This document shows, in pieces, positions 1 through 14,013 of a stretch of 64,000 bases of DNA (within the stretch, counting starts at the first letter, position 1; each line of letters begins with the position of its first letter). The notes beneath the pieces are model-generated. The model ran no database searches. It was not told the origin of the DNA and worked only from the letters and a program-made list of their open reading frames with translations. A program made the translations under genes and the position numbers. The stretch covers positions 42,160,001-42,224,000 of the forward strand of contig OX597816.1 in assembly GCA_951406725.2 (NCBI GenBank), given 5' to 3'. Source of the stretch: Octopus vulgaris. Taxonomy: Eukaryota.

Positions 1-539
1 TAATAGCATCAATTTAACACCAAGTGGCTTAGCACATAAAGCCAGGGATAAAATACAAATTTATACATAAATATGAGAGAGTAACCACTATGTTGTCGAC
101 TCTAGTGCTAAAAATAGATCCGCTATGGTATAGCCACTAAAAAAATTGTTTCCAAGGAGAAATAACACAGCATTTAACGTAGAGCAAGTGAAAAATAACG
201 AAAAAAATAGATTAACTCTGGACAATTGTTTCATTATATATGTAATATGCAATTTTACTTACATAACATCTATAATTCATCAGCAGAAGTTTGTCTAGAA
301 TACAATTTAATAAATTACACATTAAATTTCGACGCATCGTCAAAACACACGGGCGGTTCAATCGATTGTATTAGCAGCTATGATTCAAATTCCCCCGCCA
401 AAAGTGTGCCAAGACTTCGGGAAACGAATACTGCATAAAATATTTACTGCAGTAAAAATTTGATATTACCCTCATTTGTAAAATTTATTATACTGCAGTA
501 AATATTTTATGCAGTATTCGTTTCCCGAAGTCTTGGCAC
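1..539 (-). mobile_element. Non-coding HHR-bearing element, diverged homolog of the ~535 bp monomer at 58.3-61.8 kb (truncated by window start)
   Basis: Colinear shared blocks with the 58.3 kb unit: caccaagtggc, aaatat.agagagt..cacta, ggacaattgtttc, aattttacttaca, ggttcaat.gatt, ttcaaat.cccc, gaaa.(c)aatac.gcat. Ends in a perfect 49 bp inverted repeat (406-454 / 491-539). Confidence 0.8.
216..288 (-). ncRNA. Type I hammerhead ribozyme
   Basis: Minus strand reads UUCUG-CUGAUGA-AUUAUA[long insert]UAUAAU-GAAAC-AAUU-GUC-CAGAG. Core intact, helices I and II pair, minimal palindromic helix III, GUC cleavage triplet. Confidence 0.85.
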
Positions 540-883
540 GGTCACGGTGATTACGGTGATATATATATATATAGATATATACACATACATATATATATAT
601 GTGTATGTGTGTATATATATACGTATGTGTGTATATATATATATATCATGTTCCACTATATATGTATATATATGTATATGACGCATGGTCGATTTGCTTG
701 AAACTATTGTTTAATTGTGTTTATTTATGTATTTATACACATGTAAATGTATATATATACTCTACTTATGAATGTATATATGTACATGCATAAGTGGATA
801 TGGATATTTGTTCATATTTTTATATATATTAAATTGTACGTGTATCCTGTTTCATGTATTAATATTTTTAAAGTTCTTTATAA

Positions 884-996
884 TCTCTGACGAGCCCTAT
901 GGTTATATATAAGTACCTTATTTTTATATGTATACGACATCAATATAATTGACAACTATAGGCACTTTTTATCCACAGGCTGAAACAGCTGTAAGG
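884..996 (+). ncRNA. Hammerhead-like motif with ~80 nt helix II insertion, in a pLTR-like remnant ending near 1360
   Basis: UCU-CUGACGA(887-893)-GCC...GGC-U-GAAAC-AGCU-GUA-AGG. The insertion contains the hairpin ccuaugguu/aacuauagg. Helix I is weak (3 bp). Confidence 0.6.
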
Positions 997-1357
997 AGTG
1001 TTTTTAATGATTTCATTAATTTATGTTATGATTTTTATAATTGTATTCTTAACTTCTATGTATTTAATTATAATGTATATATGTATGCTATTAAGGTTCT
1101 CATTTTTGTTAAATGTATAAATAAGTCAACATTCTAATATCCGAAAGCTGATGAAACAAGTAAACTGTTTCTCTATTTTCTTATTTGTATTATAAATTAA
1201 TGGTAAAATATTTATTCACCTTCACCCACTTAATACAATAAATAAATTAATTGCATTGCAAATCAACGCATTTGTGTATTAAGAATTTGGGTGTTATACA
1301 GTATAATGGATAAATATTATCCCTTACTGGGTTGGATCCATAACCCCTAACTTACTT

Positions 1358-1442
<85 letters not shown>

Positions 1443-1445
1443 GTG

Positions 1446-1486
<41 letters not shown>

Positions 1487-1513
1487 ATGTATGTATGTAT
1501 ATATATATATATA

Positions 1514-1858
1514 TGTGGGAGTGAATTTTGGTGTATATATTGAGGTTTATGCATGGGTGTGGGAGTGAATTTTGGTGTATATATTGAGGTTTATGTATGG
1601 GTGTGGGAGTGAATTTTGGTGTATATATTGAGGTTTATGTATGGGTGTGGGAGTGAATTTTGGTGTATATATTGAGGTTTATGTATGGGTGTGGGAGTGA
1701 ATTTTGGTGTATATATTGAGGTTTATGTATGGGTGTGGGAGTGAATTTTGATGTATATATTGAGGTTTATGTATGGGTGTGGGAGTGAATTTTGGTGTAT
1801 ATATTGAGGTTTATGTATGGGTGTGGGAGTGAATTTTGGTGTATATATTGAGGTTTAT
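1514..1858 (+). repeat. Tandem array, about 8 x 44 bp, at the 5' junction of the PLE
   Basis: gggagtgaattttggtgtatatattgaggtttatgtatgggtgt starts at 1517, 1561, 1605, 1649, 1693, 1737, 1781 and 1825. The 3' pLTR has a single copy at 6911. Confidence 0.95.
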
Positions 1859-2882
1859 ATGTATGTATAGGTATGTGTGAGTGGTGTGGGTATTTGTATA
1901 TGTTGTGTGTGTGTGGTTTACGTGTGTGTATTTGTGTGTGAATGTATAGGTTATGGGGATTGCTATATAGGTATGTTATAGTGTTTAGTAAAGGGAGGTT
2001 TTATCATTATATGTATTTATGAGTTTTCGTTTATCATGGTAGTTTTATTAAAGAATTTGTAGTAATTTCTGTATATTTAAGATGTTTGATATTTTATTAC
2101 ATTATTCCATTCATAAGTTTTAAGTAATGTTCGTTTACCACGCGCAAAGAATTTTTAATTCCATATATTCCATTCATAATTTTAAATGACATTCGTTTAC
2201 ATAGCGCGAAGACTTTTTATACATATGTTAGGTTCCTATGGTAACGTACTTTTGTTTGACGTTATAACGGCTAGAGTTTAATTTCACTTCATAAATTGAA
2301 ACTGATTTGAAAGTATGTATATATTCTTTTCTATATATTCTTTTGAGTGTTTATGTATGTGTGAATGTGTGTGTGTGTGTGTGATTGTTTGCGTAATTTA
2401 TTTATCTGTATAGATGTGGGTGTGAATATATTGGAGTATATATCGAGTTCTGTATGTATGTATGTGTATGTGTGAGCGGGTATATGTATATTGTTTATGT
2501 ATGTGGGTTGTATGTGTGTGTGAGGGAGTATGAATAAGTAATGTGTTGAAGTATTTGGCTATTTTATTTATTTATCGTTGCCTAGACGTTTTTATGTGTA
2601 TGTATAGGGATATATATGTAGGTGTGTGAGTTAGTGTATGTATTTAGATATGGTTATATATACTTAGTTATAAGTGTATGCGTATGTGTGTATATATAGT
2701 TTATTTTTATTTTGTTTTATATTTAATTGTTGATAGGGTTTATTTTAGATTATATATTGATTATATATTAATTATATATAGGTTATATATAGATTATATA
2801 TTTATATTTTTTATCATTTTAAAATTATTTTAAAATTATTTTAAACTTATATTTTAATATATTGATATTTTAGATCGGAATT

Positions 2883-2926
2883 CCACCTGAAGATTGTCAT
2901 TAGAAGACATGAAACAATTGTAGTGG
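2883..2926 (+). ncRNA. Minimal type I hammerhead ribozyme in 5' pLTR
   Basis: CCAC-CUGAAGA-u-UGUC-auuagaa-GACA-u-GAAAC-AAUU-GUA-GUGG. Confidence 0.85.
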
Positions 2927-3161
2927 CGGTTCTTTTACTTTTTATTAAAATTTTATGTATTGATTAAGTCTTTCCTTGTTTGTTTTGCAAAATAGTGGTT
3001 TTGTCTCTAATTAATATTATATAATATTTTACTATAAAATTGGAGTTAATCCTAAATCTGATTTTTTCCCTGTAAATTTGGATTTATTCCCTAATATTTA
3101 TTATTATTATTTAATATTGATAATTTTGTATATTGAGTGTAATACCTCAATTTCGTAAATT

Positions 3162-5690
3162 ATGGAATTTACAGGTAATATAGAACCGCTATTTTGGGAT
3201 TCATCTTTGAAAGATATTCCTATACCTTCTAGAAAGGAATTTATTTTGAAACTTATTAATAATGTTAAAGGTTTTATTTCCAGAATTTAATGGAAAGCTT
3301 ATTACTATAATTTTTATTTATTTAATGATAATGATGGTAGGAATGATAATTTTACCTCTAAATTTAAATCTAGAAAGGAACCTCCATTTAATAAAGAATT
3401 ACAATTACTAGAAGATAGTATATGGAAGGTAGTAAAAAATATTGAATTCCATAAATACCCAAATAGAAATAATGAATATTTAAGAAACTTAGCAATTAAA
3501 ATTAAAGATATGAGAAATATGGATGGTAGTGTAGTACAATCTGATAAAACTAGGAATCTATATAAATTAGATGTTAAATTATATGATAAACTCTTAGGGA
3601 AAGAAATAATTAAAAAATATAAAATTGTTCCAGATGATATTCTTTATAATATTAATAAGGCCTCTAAATTAGTAATGTTAAAATATGAGTTGGATAATAA
3701 AACTGAACCTTATGTACCTTTGCACCCCAGAATTACTCTTAAATACCATAAAGATAATTTTTATTCAGACCCTAAAGTTAGATTAATTTGCCCATGTAAA
3801 TCTGACCTTGGTAAATTAAGTAAATTTATTTTAGATAAATATATCAATAAGTTAAATAAACTTAATTATTTAAAATTTTGGTTTAGTAATAACAATACAT
3901 TGAAATGGTTTAATAATATTAAAGATAAAAATCGTTATAAATTTATTCAAATAGATATAGATAATTATTATTCTTCTATTAATGAAATTGTGTTTAATAA
4001 AGCACTTATTTTCGCAATGAATAAAGTGGGTATGTCACTTGAAGAAGTTAATGTAATTAAAATGGCTAGGAAATCGCTCATTAAATATAAAAATAAATTA
4101 TGGGCTAGGAATGATACTAGAGATTGTTTTGATATACCTATGGGAGCACCAGATTCTGCACAAGCTACTGATTTAGTAGGTATTTTTCTTTTATCTGAAC
4201 TCCTATTAGAAAATCTTAAGATAGAGGGTGGCTTATATAGAGACGATCTTCTATTAGTTACAAAGAATTGTACTAAGAGGAATCTAGAAGGATATAAGAA
4301 AAAACTATATAGTTTCTTTAAAAGATATGGTTTAAGTATTACCATATAAAAGGAGAATTATAATGTTAATTATTTAGATGTTAATTTTAATCTAATTACA
4401 GGTAAAACACAACCATATCATAAACTTAATGAGAACCTTAGATATATAAATGCTAATAGTAATCACCCAATTTCTATTAAAAAATCGTTGATTAATAATA
4501 TAAGTAAACGTATTTCATTACTCTCTTATGATATAGAGATTTTTAATAAACATGCTACTTATTATAATGAGGCCCTTAGAGGGGCAAGTTATAATAGGAA
4601 TATTAAATTTTATAATGTTAGTGATAAAGATTTAAATGATAATTTTCGTTATACTTATAATAATAATTATAATTTTGTTAGTATTAGTGGTAGAAATAGT
4701 AGATATTATAAATATAATAATAAAAATGATAAAAATAAAAATAATAATAAAAATAATAATAAAAATAAGAATAATAAAAATAAAAATAAATTTAATAATA
4801 ATTATAATAATAATATTGATAAAATTAATAATATTAATAATTCCTTAAATGCTGTACATAGATATAATTCTGATAATACTTTTAATAAGATAAAGAATAG
4901 TAAATATATTTATAATAATGACAAGAATAATAAGGTTAATAAGAATAAAATTTGGTTAATAGTTCCTTATGGTGATCAAGTAAAAACGAATATTATCAAA
5001 GAGATTTTAGATGTTATAGAACTATTTATTAGAGATAATCGTAAGTATAGAAACATTTTCTCTAGTAATAATTTTGGAGTAGGTTATTCCACCACTAATA
5101 ATGTAGGTAACATTATTTCTTCATTTAATAAATTTAAACTGAATTATTTTTATAAAAATTAATTATTTGATAATAATAATAATAATGATATGACTTATAT
5201 TAATTGTACTTGTAGAGATAAATCTAAATGTTTATTAAATAATAATTGTGATATTAACGATGTAGTGTATAAATGTATAGTTACATTACATGATAATAAC
5301 TTTAAGAATAATAATTACCCAAAAGCGGTTTATATAGGGTCTACTTCCTCAAAAATAAAATTAAGAATCGCACAACATATGAATTCTTTTAAAAATAAAA
5401 ACTTAATCAGCTCAACTGGACTTAGTAAGTACATTTGGAGGCTTAAATCACAAAATATTAATTATAGTTTAATTTGGGAAATAATTTGTAAAACTAAATC
5501 ATATACTATAGGAGCGAATTGTTGTTATTTATGCTCTAATGAGTTTAAAGAAATTTTATTTTATAAGTATGATAATTTACTTAATACAGGAGAAGAGCGC
5601 AAAATAAAATGCAGACATAGGTTATTTTATATAATAAGTTTCATGCTAAATAACAATAATAGTTCCCTGTTAAAGGTTACTTTAGTTTAA
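3162..5690 (+). pseudogene. PLE ORF: reverse transcriptase + Asn/Lys-rich linker + CxCx5C + GIY-YIG endonuclease; one frame with 3 premature TAA stops
   Basis: ATG 3162 (MEFTGN..SLKDIPIPSR..RI*WKA) is in frame with ORFs 3510, 4488 and 5190. Stops at 3288-90, 4347-49 and 5160-62. Motifs: IDIDNYYSSI, FDIPMGAPDSAQATDLVG, GLYRDDLL, NYLDV, SNHP, CTCRDKSKC, VVYKC..VYIGST..R..QH, CYLC..E, LN..KCRH. Confidence 0.92.
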
Positions 5691-8438
5691 AATTAAGTTT
5701 AGTTTAGAGTATTATTTATCTTTAGTTATGTAGTTTAGGCTTTAATTATAGTTAGTCTTTAATTGATTTTTCTTTGTTTTAATTAGTTCATGTTTAATGT
5801 ATATTAATATATAACAGTTTATGGTACGTTAAAACTTTAATAATTTATATTAGATTTATTTTATTTTATTTACTTATTTATTTATTTTATTATGTATTTT
5901 TATTAAGTATATGTTATATGTATATTTGAGGATATATTATTATGGATGATTGGGTGTATTTAGTGTTGTATATATTGAGTTGTTTATGTATGTGTGAATG
6001 TTTACGATCCCTTTGTATTTTTTTTGGTATGTTGAACATGGCAGTTTTATTTGGGTATTGTCTGTTATAATATACGTTTATATAGATATTTAGGAGAGTG
6101 TCCGTGAATATGTAGGTATGGGTGTTTATGCATGTATGCGTGTGTACAAGTGCAAGTGTAGATGCGGGAGTGTATGAGTGCTATGTAATAGAGTGGGATT
6201 ATTTATGCACTTGTATACATGAATGTTTTGAATGTGCGTGTGTTTGCACCCGTCTGCGTGTACACACTCATATATAAATATATATATATATATTAATATT
6301 TATTGACTTTTTGAAAGACTGTTTTTTATATATATGTGTATGTGATGGTATGTGTGAATGTATATATATATATATTTTTTTATATATATATATGTTTATG
6401 TTTGTATATGTATTTATTTAATAATTTATGGAGTGTGGGAATGAATATATTGGTGTATATATCGAAGTTTGTACGTATGTATATGTTTGTGAGAGTGTGT
6501 ATATGGTTATGTTTGTGGGTGTGTGTATATATGTGTGTGTATTTGTGTGTGTTGTGTTTTTGGTAAGGGGTTTATCTTTTATTTGTATGTATGGATTTCA
6601 TTTATTTTATTTAGAATTGTTTGGTTTTTAGTCCCCATGCATTATAGCTTGGTTTGTTGTTCATGGTAGTTTTTTGGGGTATTGTTTTGTAGCCATTTAT
6701 ACGTATATTTGGATGTCTAGGAGAGTGTCCGTATATATGTATGTTGATGGGTGAGTGCATGTGTGCGCGTGTATAAGTGCATCTGTAGATGTGGGAGTGC
6801 ATGGTGCTATGTAAAAGTGTGTGCTTGTGTATGCACTTGTATACATGCATGATTGATGTGCGTGAGATTGCACCCATTTTGTAAGGATGTATATTTATCT
6901 GTACGGGTGTGGGAGTGAATTTTGGTGTATATATTGAGGTTTATATGTATGTATAGGTATGTGTGAGTGGTGTGGGTATTTGTATATGTTGTGTTTGTGT
7001 GGTTTACGTGTGTGTATTTGTGTGTGAATGTATAGGTTATGGGGATTGCTATATAGGTATGTTATAGTGTTTAGTAAAGGGAGGTTTTATCATTATATGT
7101 ATTTATGAGTTTTCGTTTATCATGGTAGTTTTATTAACGAATTTGTAGTAATTTCTGTATATTTAAGATGTTTGATATTTTATTACATTATTGCATTCAT
7201 AAGTTTTAAGTAATGTTCGTTTACCACGCGCAAAGAATGTTTAATTCCATATATTCCATTCATAATTTTAAATGACGTTCGTTTACATAGCGCGAAGACT
7301 TTTTATACATATGTTAGGTTCCTATGGTAACGTACTTTTGTTTGACGTTATAATGGCTAGAGTTTAATTTCACTTCATAAATTGAAACTGATTTGAAAGT
7401 ATGTATATATTTTTTTCTCCTTATGTTAATCTTGTTACTTATGATATTCTGGTTAATTATGGAGTATTTTCTATATCGTATTATGTGTAGTAATGTTGTT
7501 TTTATTTTGAGTGTTTATGTATGTGTGAATGTGTGTGTGTGTGTGTGCGTATTTTAGTTGTGTAATTTATTTATCTGTATGAGTGTGGGTGTGAACATAT
7601 TGTTGTATATATCGAGTTTAGTACGTATGTATATATATATGTGAGGGGGTATAAGTATATGTTGTGTGTGTGTGTTTTACGTATGTGTATTTGTGTGTGA
7701 ATGTATATATGGAGATTGCTATATAGGTATTATTGTGTGTATGGTTAAAGGGAGTTTTATCATTATATGTATATATGGGTTTCATTTATCATGATGGTTT
7801 ATTAATGATTTGGAGTAAATTTACGTTGATTATATATTATTCCATTCATAATTTTTAAAAATACGTTCGATCACCACGTGTAAAGAATTGTTTATTTTTC
7901 TTTTGAGTGTTTATGTATGTGAATGTGTGTGTGTGTGTGATTGTTTGCGTAATTTATTTATCTGTATAGATGTGGGTGTGAATATATTGGAGTATATATC
8001 GAGTTCTGTATGTATGTATATGTATGTGTGAGCGGGTATATGTATATTGTTTATGTATGTGGGTTGTATGTGTGTGTGAGGGAGTATGAATAAGTAATGT
8101 GTTGAAGTATTTGGCTATTTTATTTATTTATCGTTGCCTAGACGTTTTTATGTGTATGTATAGGGATATATATGTAGGTGTGTGAGTTAGTGTATGTATT
8201 TAGATATGGTTATATATACTTAGTTATAAGTGTATGCGTATGTGTGTATATATAGTTTATTTTTATTTTGTTTTATATTTAATTGTTGATAGGGTTTATT
8301 TTAGATTATATATTGATTATATATTGATTATATATAGGTTATATATAGATTATATATTTATATTTTTTATTATTTTAAAATTATTTTAAAATTATTTTAA
8401 ACTTATATTTTAATATATTGATATTTTAGATCGGAATT

Positions 8439-8482
8439 CCACCTGAAGATTGTCATTAGAAGACATGAAACAATTGTAGTGG
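8439..8482 (+). ncRNA. Minimal type I hammerhead ribozyme in 3' pLTR
   Basis: Identical to the motif at 2883-2926. Confidence 0.85.
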
Positions 8483-8769
8483 CGGTTTTTTTACTTTTTA
8501 TTAAAATTTTATGTATTGATTAAGTCTTTCCTTGTTTGTTTTGCAAAATAGTGGTTTTGTCTCTAATTAATATTATATAATATTTTACTATAAAATTGGA
8601 GTTAATCCTAAATCTGATTTTTTCCCTGTAAATTTGGATTTATTCCATAATATTTATTATTATATATATATATATATATTGTTGTATTTAGGAATGGTCA
8701 TTTTGCCAGTTTAGCCAATAGAATCTTGCAAAACAAATATATATACATATATACATCTATCTGTCTGTA

Positions 8770-8822
<53 letters not shown>

Positions 8823-9156
8823 GTCTGTCTATCTACCTATAGAGAATTTGTATGTGTAATAAAACAAGCTTGCGTCAGTTTAGATTATGATATTTATATC
8901 ACTGAACCTGATGGCTAAGTTGTTATATGAATATAGATCATATCATAAGCAGGAAGGAAGTAATAACGTGTACAGAAATCTTATTATACACACGCACATA
9001 TATATACGTACATATATCGTTTTCAATATATTCGAAATGAATTTATTTAGAACAATTCCAATCACTACTATTAAAACCACAACGGGTCATTTTTGGGTCA
9101 CTTAACCATTTAAGTGGACTGCACCAGCATCCTACTATTTTCATACCACTCGTGCA

Positions 9157-9228
9157 TTCTTCTTCTTCTTCTTCTTCTTCTTCTTCTTCTTCTTCTTCTT
9201 CTTCTTCTTCTTCTTCTTCTTCTTCTTC
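9157..9228. repeat. (TCT)n microsatellite
   Basis: Read directly; source of the poly-Ser ORF at 9152. Confidence 0.95.
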
Positions 9229-11217
9229 ACCTTCTTTTTCTTCTGCTTCATCTTCTTCGTCTTCTACTTTATCTTCTTTGTTGCCTCTAATCTACCATAT
9301 TGTGAAGAATCTACTACATTGTGAACAATATACTGGTCACACGACTAAATCCTATTTATATTCTAAAATTATATTTCACTTCGTGAAATATATATCTATC
9401 ACAGAAATTATTCCTATTCTGACCCAGTTTAATGCCTATGCTTCCTGATTCTAAATTCAAACCTCATGGTCATCCTCGGATCCGTCTGTTAGCAGAGATT
9501 ATAACCATATCAAATTGTACCTACGTCTTTTCTTACTTTTTACACTCAACTCTAATTATCCCCTACAAAATGTATAAAACTGTCTAGTTCCCTTCCAACT
9601 TTATTGTTGGTAACACCTATATTAAAGTTGCATAGAACATCATTTTAATCAAGATCAAATCTGGATGTAGAGGAAGAAAGAGGCTGCAAATAAAAAATCA
9701 CTTAGAGAGATATCCATTCAATAGAAACATGCCGGACAGATGTTTAAATTAAATATACTGCAGAAATTATTCTAAAAAGGAAATGTGTATAGATATGAAA
9801 TAATCCTTATGTATTTGAATTCTCTTGCATATACACTCAGTAATGCTTTATAACCCAACGAAGCGAGCTCATGATTTATTCATCGGGTGAAATGCATTGT
9901 GATTGTTTGAATAGTCTTAGATTAACACACACGATTCGATGAGGTTAGCTAGAATTTGAATTCTATTCGAGTTCCTGAATGGTACCTATCTGGATTTATT
10001 TTCCCTTGAGGGTGGTTAGACAGACTTATGCATATGTTACTAAATGCAAGTTTGCCTGACTCACTATGTACGGATTGCATCTCTCACACTTTGTATAGGA
10101 TGATGCTTATATATATATATTACTAATTAACATAAAGGCACAGCTATCTCTCCATGCATGTGTGTATGCACTTATCTGTTTTATTTCCTATAAAATTCAA
10201 GTTTATATCATAGAAATCACCACGAAGTCACAACTCTGTTTTTTTTTTGTTATTTCAGCGATCGTTCTCTCAGCATTACCACTTGTTATTTAACTTCCTC
10301 ACTCTCTTTTATTATTTGTCTCTATAACTCCACTCACCATTCTTTTTCCCAGCGTTCTCTCACATGTTCGTTCTCTAAATATCCCCTCGACAAAAGTCCA
10401 TTGAAGCAAACATCGCATTACTAAGCCTACATTAATTCTTTCGCCTGCCTTAGCTAACTAAAATCACTATCCGTGTAAATTCAAGCATAAATTCCTTCTT
10501 CAGCTCATCGGCTTGTCTGAAAAAGAAAATAAATACAAAGAAAACCTCATGACACAAAATACAAAACTTAAATTATAAACAAGCAAGAAAGAAACCAACA
10601 ATAATTGCAAAGCAAACGAGTTTAGATTTGCAATTCGGTCATAGTAGTTGACAAGATGCATTGAAACCTATGAGATGTCTGTTACATTTGAATGTTTCAC
10701 ACCCATACAGGAAGTAAAATATTTTCTGATATATACTTTGCAAAATGGAAAGGATGTAAAATACTGTGGGCACAATATATAAGATACATAACCACACGCA
10801 ATTATATATAGAAATAAATATATAATTTGTGTGTGTTTGTGTATTTCTCCTACGTATCGAATAAATTTATGAATTTTGGATACACTGCAAATGTTACGTC
10901 TATCTAGATATATCAATCTCCAAGACATTTTTTGTAACTTTTGTGCATGCTTACAGTAAACTGTTACATTATTATGGTCGCGTACGTGTTGGCGAGAGTG
11001 ATTTTGGCTATCACTGACAAAGAAATATATCAGCAACTACTCACACAGGAGCACACACGCACACACATAAAAACAGACGAACACACATTCTTACACCTTC
11101 ACACACACACATAAACACAGATGGACACACTCGCACAAACTCACACTCAACTATACATATATAAATATACACCTATATACACATTTACACACAAGTATAT
11201 TTACACACACGCACATG

Positions 11218-11252
<35 letters not shown>

Positions 11253-11255
<3 letters not shown>

Positions 11256-11455
11256 TGAGAAAGTTGGTGTGTGAGAGCACGTGGTTGAATATATAGAAAA
11301 TAGTAAAAAGTGAAAAAACTACAGAAGGCTTGTTTTAAAAGGTTACAAAATATATATTTGAGTCAATATGTCTGAAGAATGTTATAAATTTTTTCATACA
11401 ATGACATAGTTTTTGAAGAAATGACCGGTTTCGCGTTCAGCTTTTCAAATTTCTT
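11253..11455 (-). mobile_element. 3'-terminal fragment of a PLE pLTR, same family as 51055-51256
   Basis: Reverse-complement match to 51055-51256 (gaaaccggt.atttcttcaaaaact; aaaacaagccttctgtagtttttt; ccaac.acatgct..cacaccaa.tttctcacct). Flanked by (TA)n. Confidence 0.75.
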
Positions 11456-11456
11456 A

Positions 11457-11493
<37 letters not shown>

Positions 11494-11504
11494 TATATAG
11501 AAGG

Positions 11505-11555
11505 AGCTTCTACAGGACTAGAACTGTTTCATTCAAGAGAAATCTTCAGGAAGCT
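11505..11555 (-). ncRNA. Type I hammerhead ribozyme
   Basis: Reverse complement of 14247-14297. Confidence 0.85.
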
Positions 11556-12665
11556 AGTTAACAAGAATTGTATTGGCATTTATACATTTAGGCAGGTTTA
11601 AAGGGGTGTTGGTGGGGGACTTTTTGGGGGTAGGCATAGCGCAAAATATCATACTTGGGGGAGTGGTCAAGGAGTCAGTGCTAAATCAGACAGAACAAAT
11701 AAAAAGATAAAAAAATAAAAAATAAAATAATATAATAATATAATAAAATAAAATAAAAAAATAAAAAAATAATAAAAAAATAAATAAAAAAATAAAAAAA
11801 AAAAAAAATCTATATACAAAAAAAGGGGAATAGGGTTTTAGGTAAATAAGGAGATTCTCACTTATACCTATGCACACATGTATACATACATACACACACA
11901 TACAAACATATATACATATACATACACACATTCATACACACACATATATATACATATATATACACTTACACATACATATACATATCTACACATACACATA
12001 TATGTATACATACACACACTCACATGCATACACGTATACACACATGTATATATACACACACGACCACACATACATATACGCACAGAAAAATATATATACA
12101 CATACACACACATACTCACATACACGCATACACACACATATCCACACACACACATGCACACACAGCACACTAGTCCCTATATACACATACACACACATAT
12201 ATACACACACACACATACATATACATACATGTATACATATATATACATATATATACATAAGTGTACCTATGCATACCTACACACACACACATATATATAC
12301 ACATACAAATACAGACCCATTCCCTAATTTTAATTTTATTATCTTCGTTTATTACTTTTGTTATCTTTGGCCGCATGGTCACAAACATCTTGGCTATGAC
12401 AGCCAGTCCATTTATCTGTCTACTGGAAAACAAGCACTCATTCACTCACGCACACTCTTTAGCACGTACACTCACTCATTCGTACACTCATACACATACA
12501 CGCACGTACGCGTTATATTCATACATACATACATCTACATACATTCACGTATATACACATACGTACGCGTACCTACAGATTCATGTCTACACTCTTAGAA
12601 GGCTAGTCTATATATATACACCAATAAATATAAATACACACACATACATATACACCTACATACAA

Positions 12666-12715
<50 letters not shown>

Positions 12716-12921
12716 GCATACATATACATACACACATACACACACATACACATACACACACATATACATATATATACACACATACACATACATACATATA
12801 CACACATACACATACATACGTATACATACATACATACATCCATACATACATACATTTATACACATACACACACCCACATACATACATATATATACACGCG
12901 CATATATATATATATCCATAT

Positions 12922-12960
<39 letters not shown>

Positions 12961-13412
12961 CATACACATACATACATACACACATATTCATACACACACA
13001 TATACATACATACATATACAAATATACGCACACACATACATACATACTCATATACTCATACACGCACATACACATGTACATGCGTACCCATACACACACA
13101 CACACGCGCGCGCGCGCATCCATATATACACATAAGTACACCCATGCGTATGCATACTCAAAAAATAAGTAAATAGTAAAATATATATACGCGCAGTTAT
13201 TCATACATGCATACTCAAAAGATAAATAATAAATATTAAGTATATGTACATGCAGTTACCTATTATATAGACGGATACATACATAAACTTACACACACAT
13301 ATATATATATATATACATATACATACATATATATATACACATATATATATATATACATACATATACACACATATATACACACATATATACATATACACAT
13401 ACACACATACAT

Positions 13413-13461
<49 letters not shown>

Positions 13462-13490
13462 TATATATATATACACATATATATATACAC

Positions 13491-13533
<43 letters not shown>

Positions 13534-13758
13534 TATACATATATATACATACTTACACACATGTACATATAAATACACACATAGAAAACTCTACGTACCT
13601 ACATATACATAAACACACGAGCGTACGCGTATATGTACACATACACATACACATACACACGCATATATATACATACATACATACACATACACACATGTAT
13701 ACACACACACACATACACATATATATACATACACACATATATACATATATATATATAC

Positions 13759-13807
<49 letters not shown>

Positions 13808-13970
13808 CACATACACATACACATACACACACATATATATACATGTGTGCAAACATACATACATTCTCATACAAGCACACACACTTACATTTACATATAT
13901 ACACACACTTACACAGATATATACATACACATGTACATACATACATACATACATACGTATATGCATACAT

Positions 13971-14013
<43 letters not shown>

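Larger units (their letters stand above)
1514..8662 (+). mobile_element. Penelope-like retroelement, near full length, with 5' and 3' pseudo-LTRs, inserted in (TA)n
   Basis: RT+GIY-YIG frame flanked by long direct repeats: ~1820-2330 matches ~6905-7410 and ~2338-3110 matches ~7897-8662. Each repeat carries an HHR, and (TA)n lies on both sides. Confidence 0.92.

Noticed and set aside
1514-1858. 44 bp repeats as a CRISPR array
   Set aside because: The units are head-to-tail with no unique spacers, there are no cas genes, and the context is eukaryotic.
3288-5162. Stop-codon recoding of the three TAA codons in the PLE ORF
   Set aside because: Each is one substitution from a plausible sense codon, and selenocysteine recoding uses TGA. 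A single copy gives no support.
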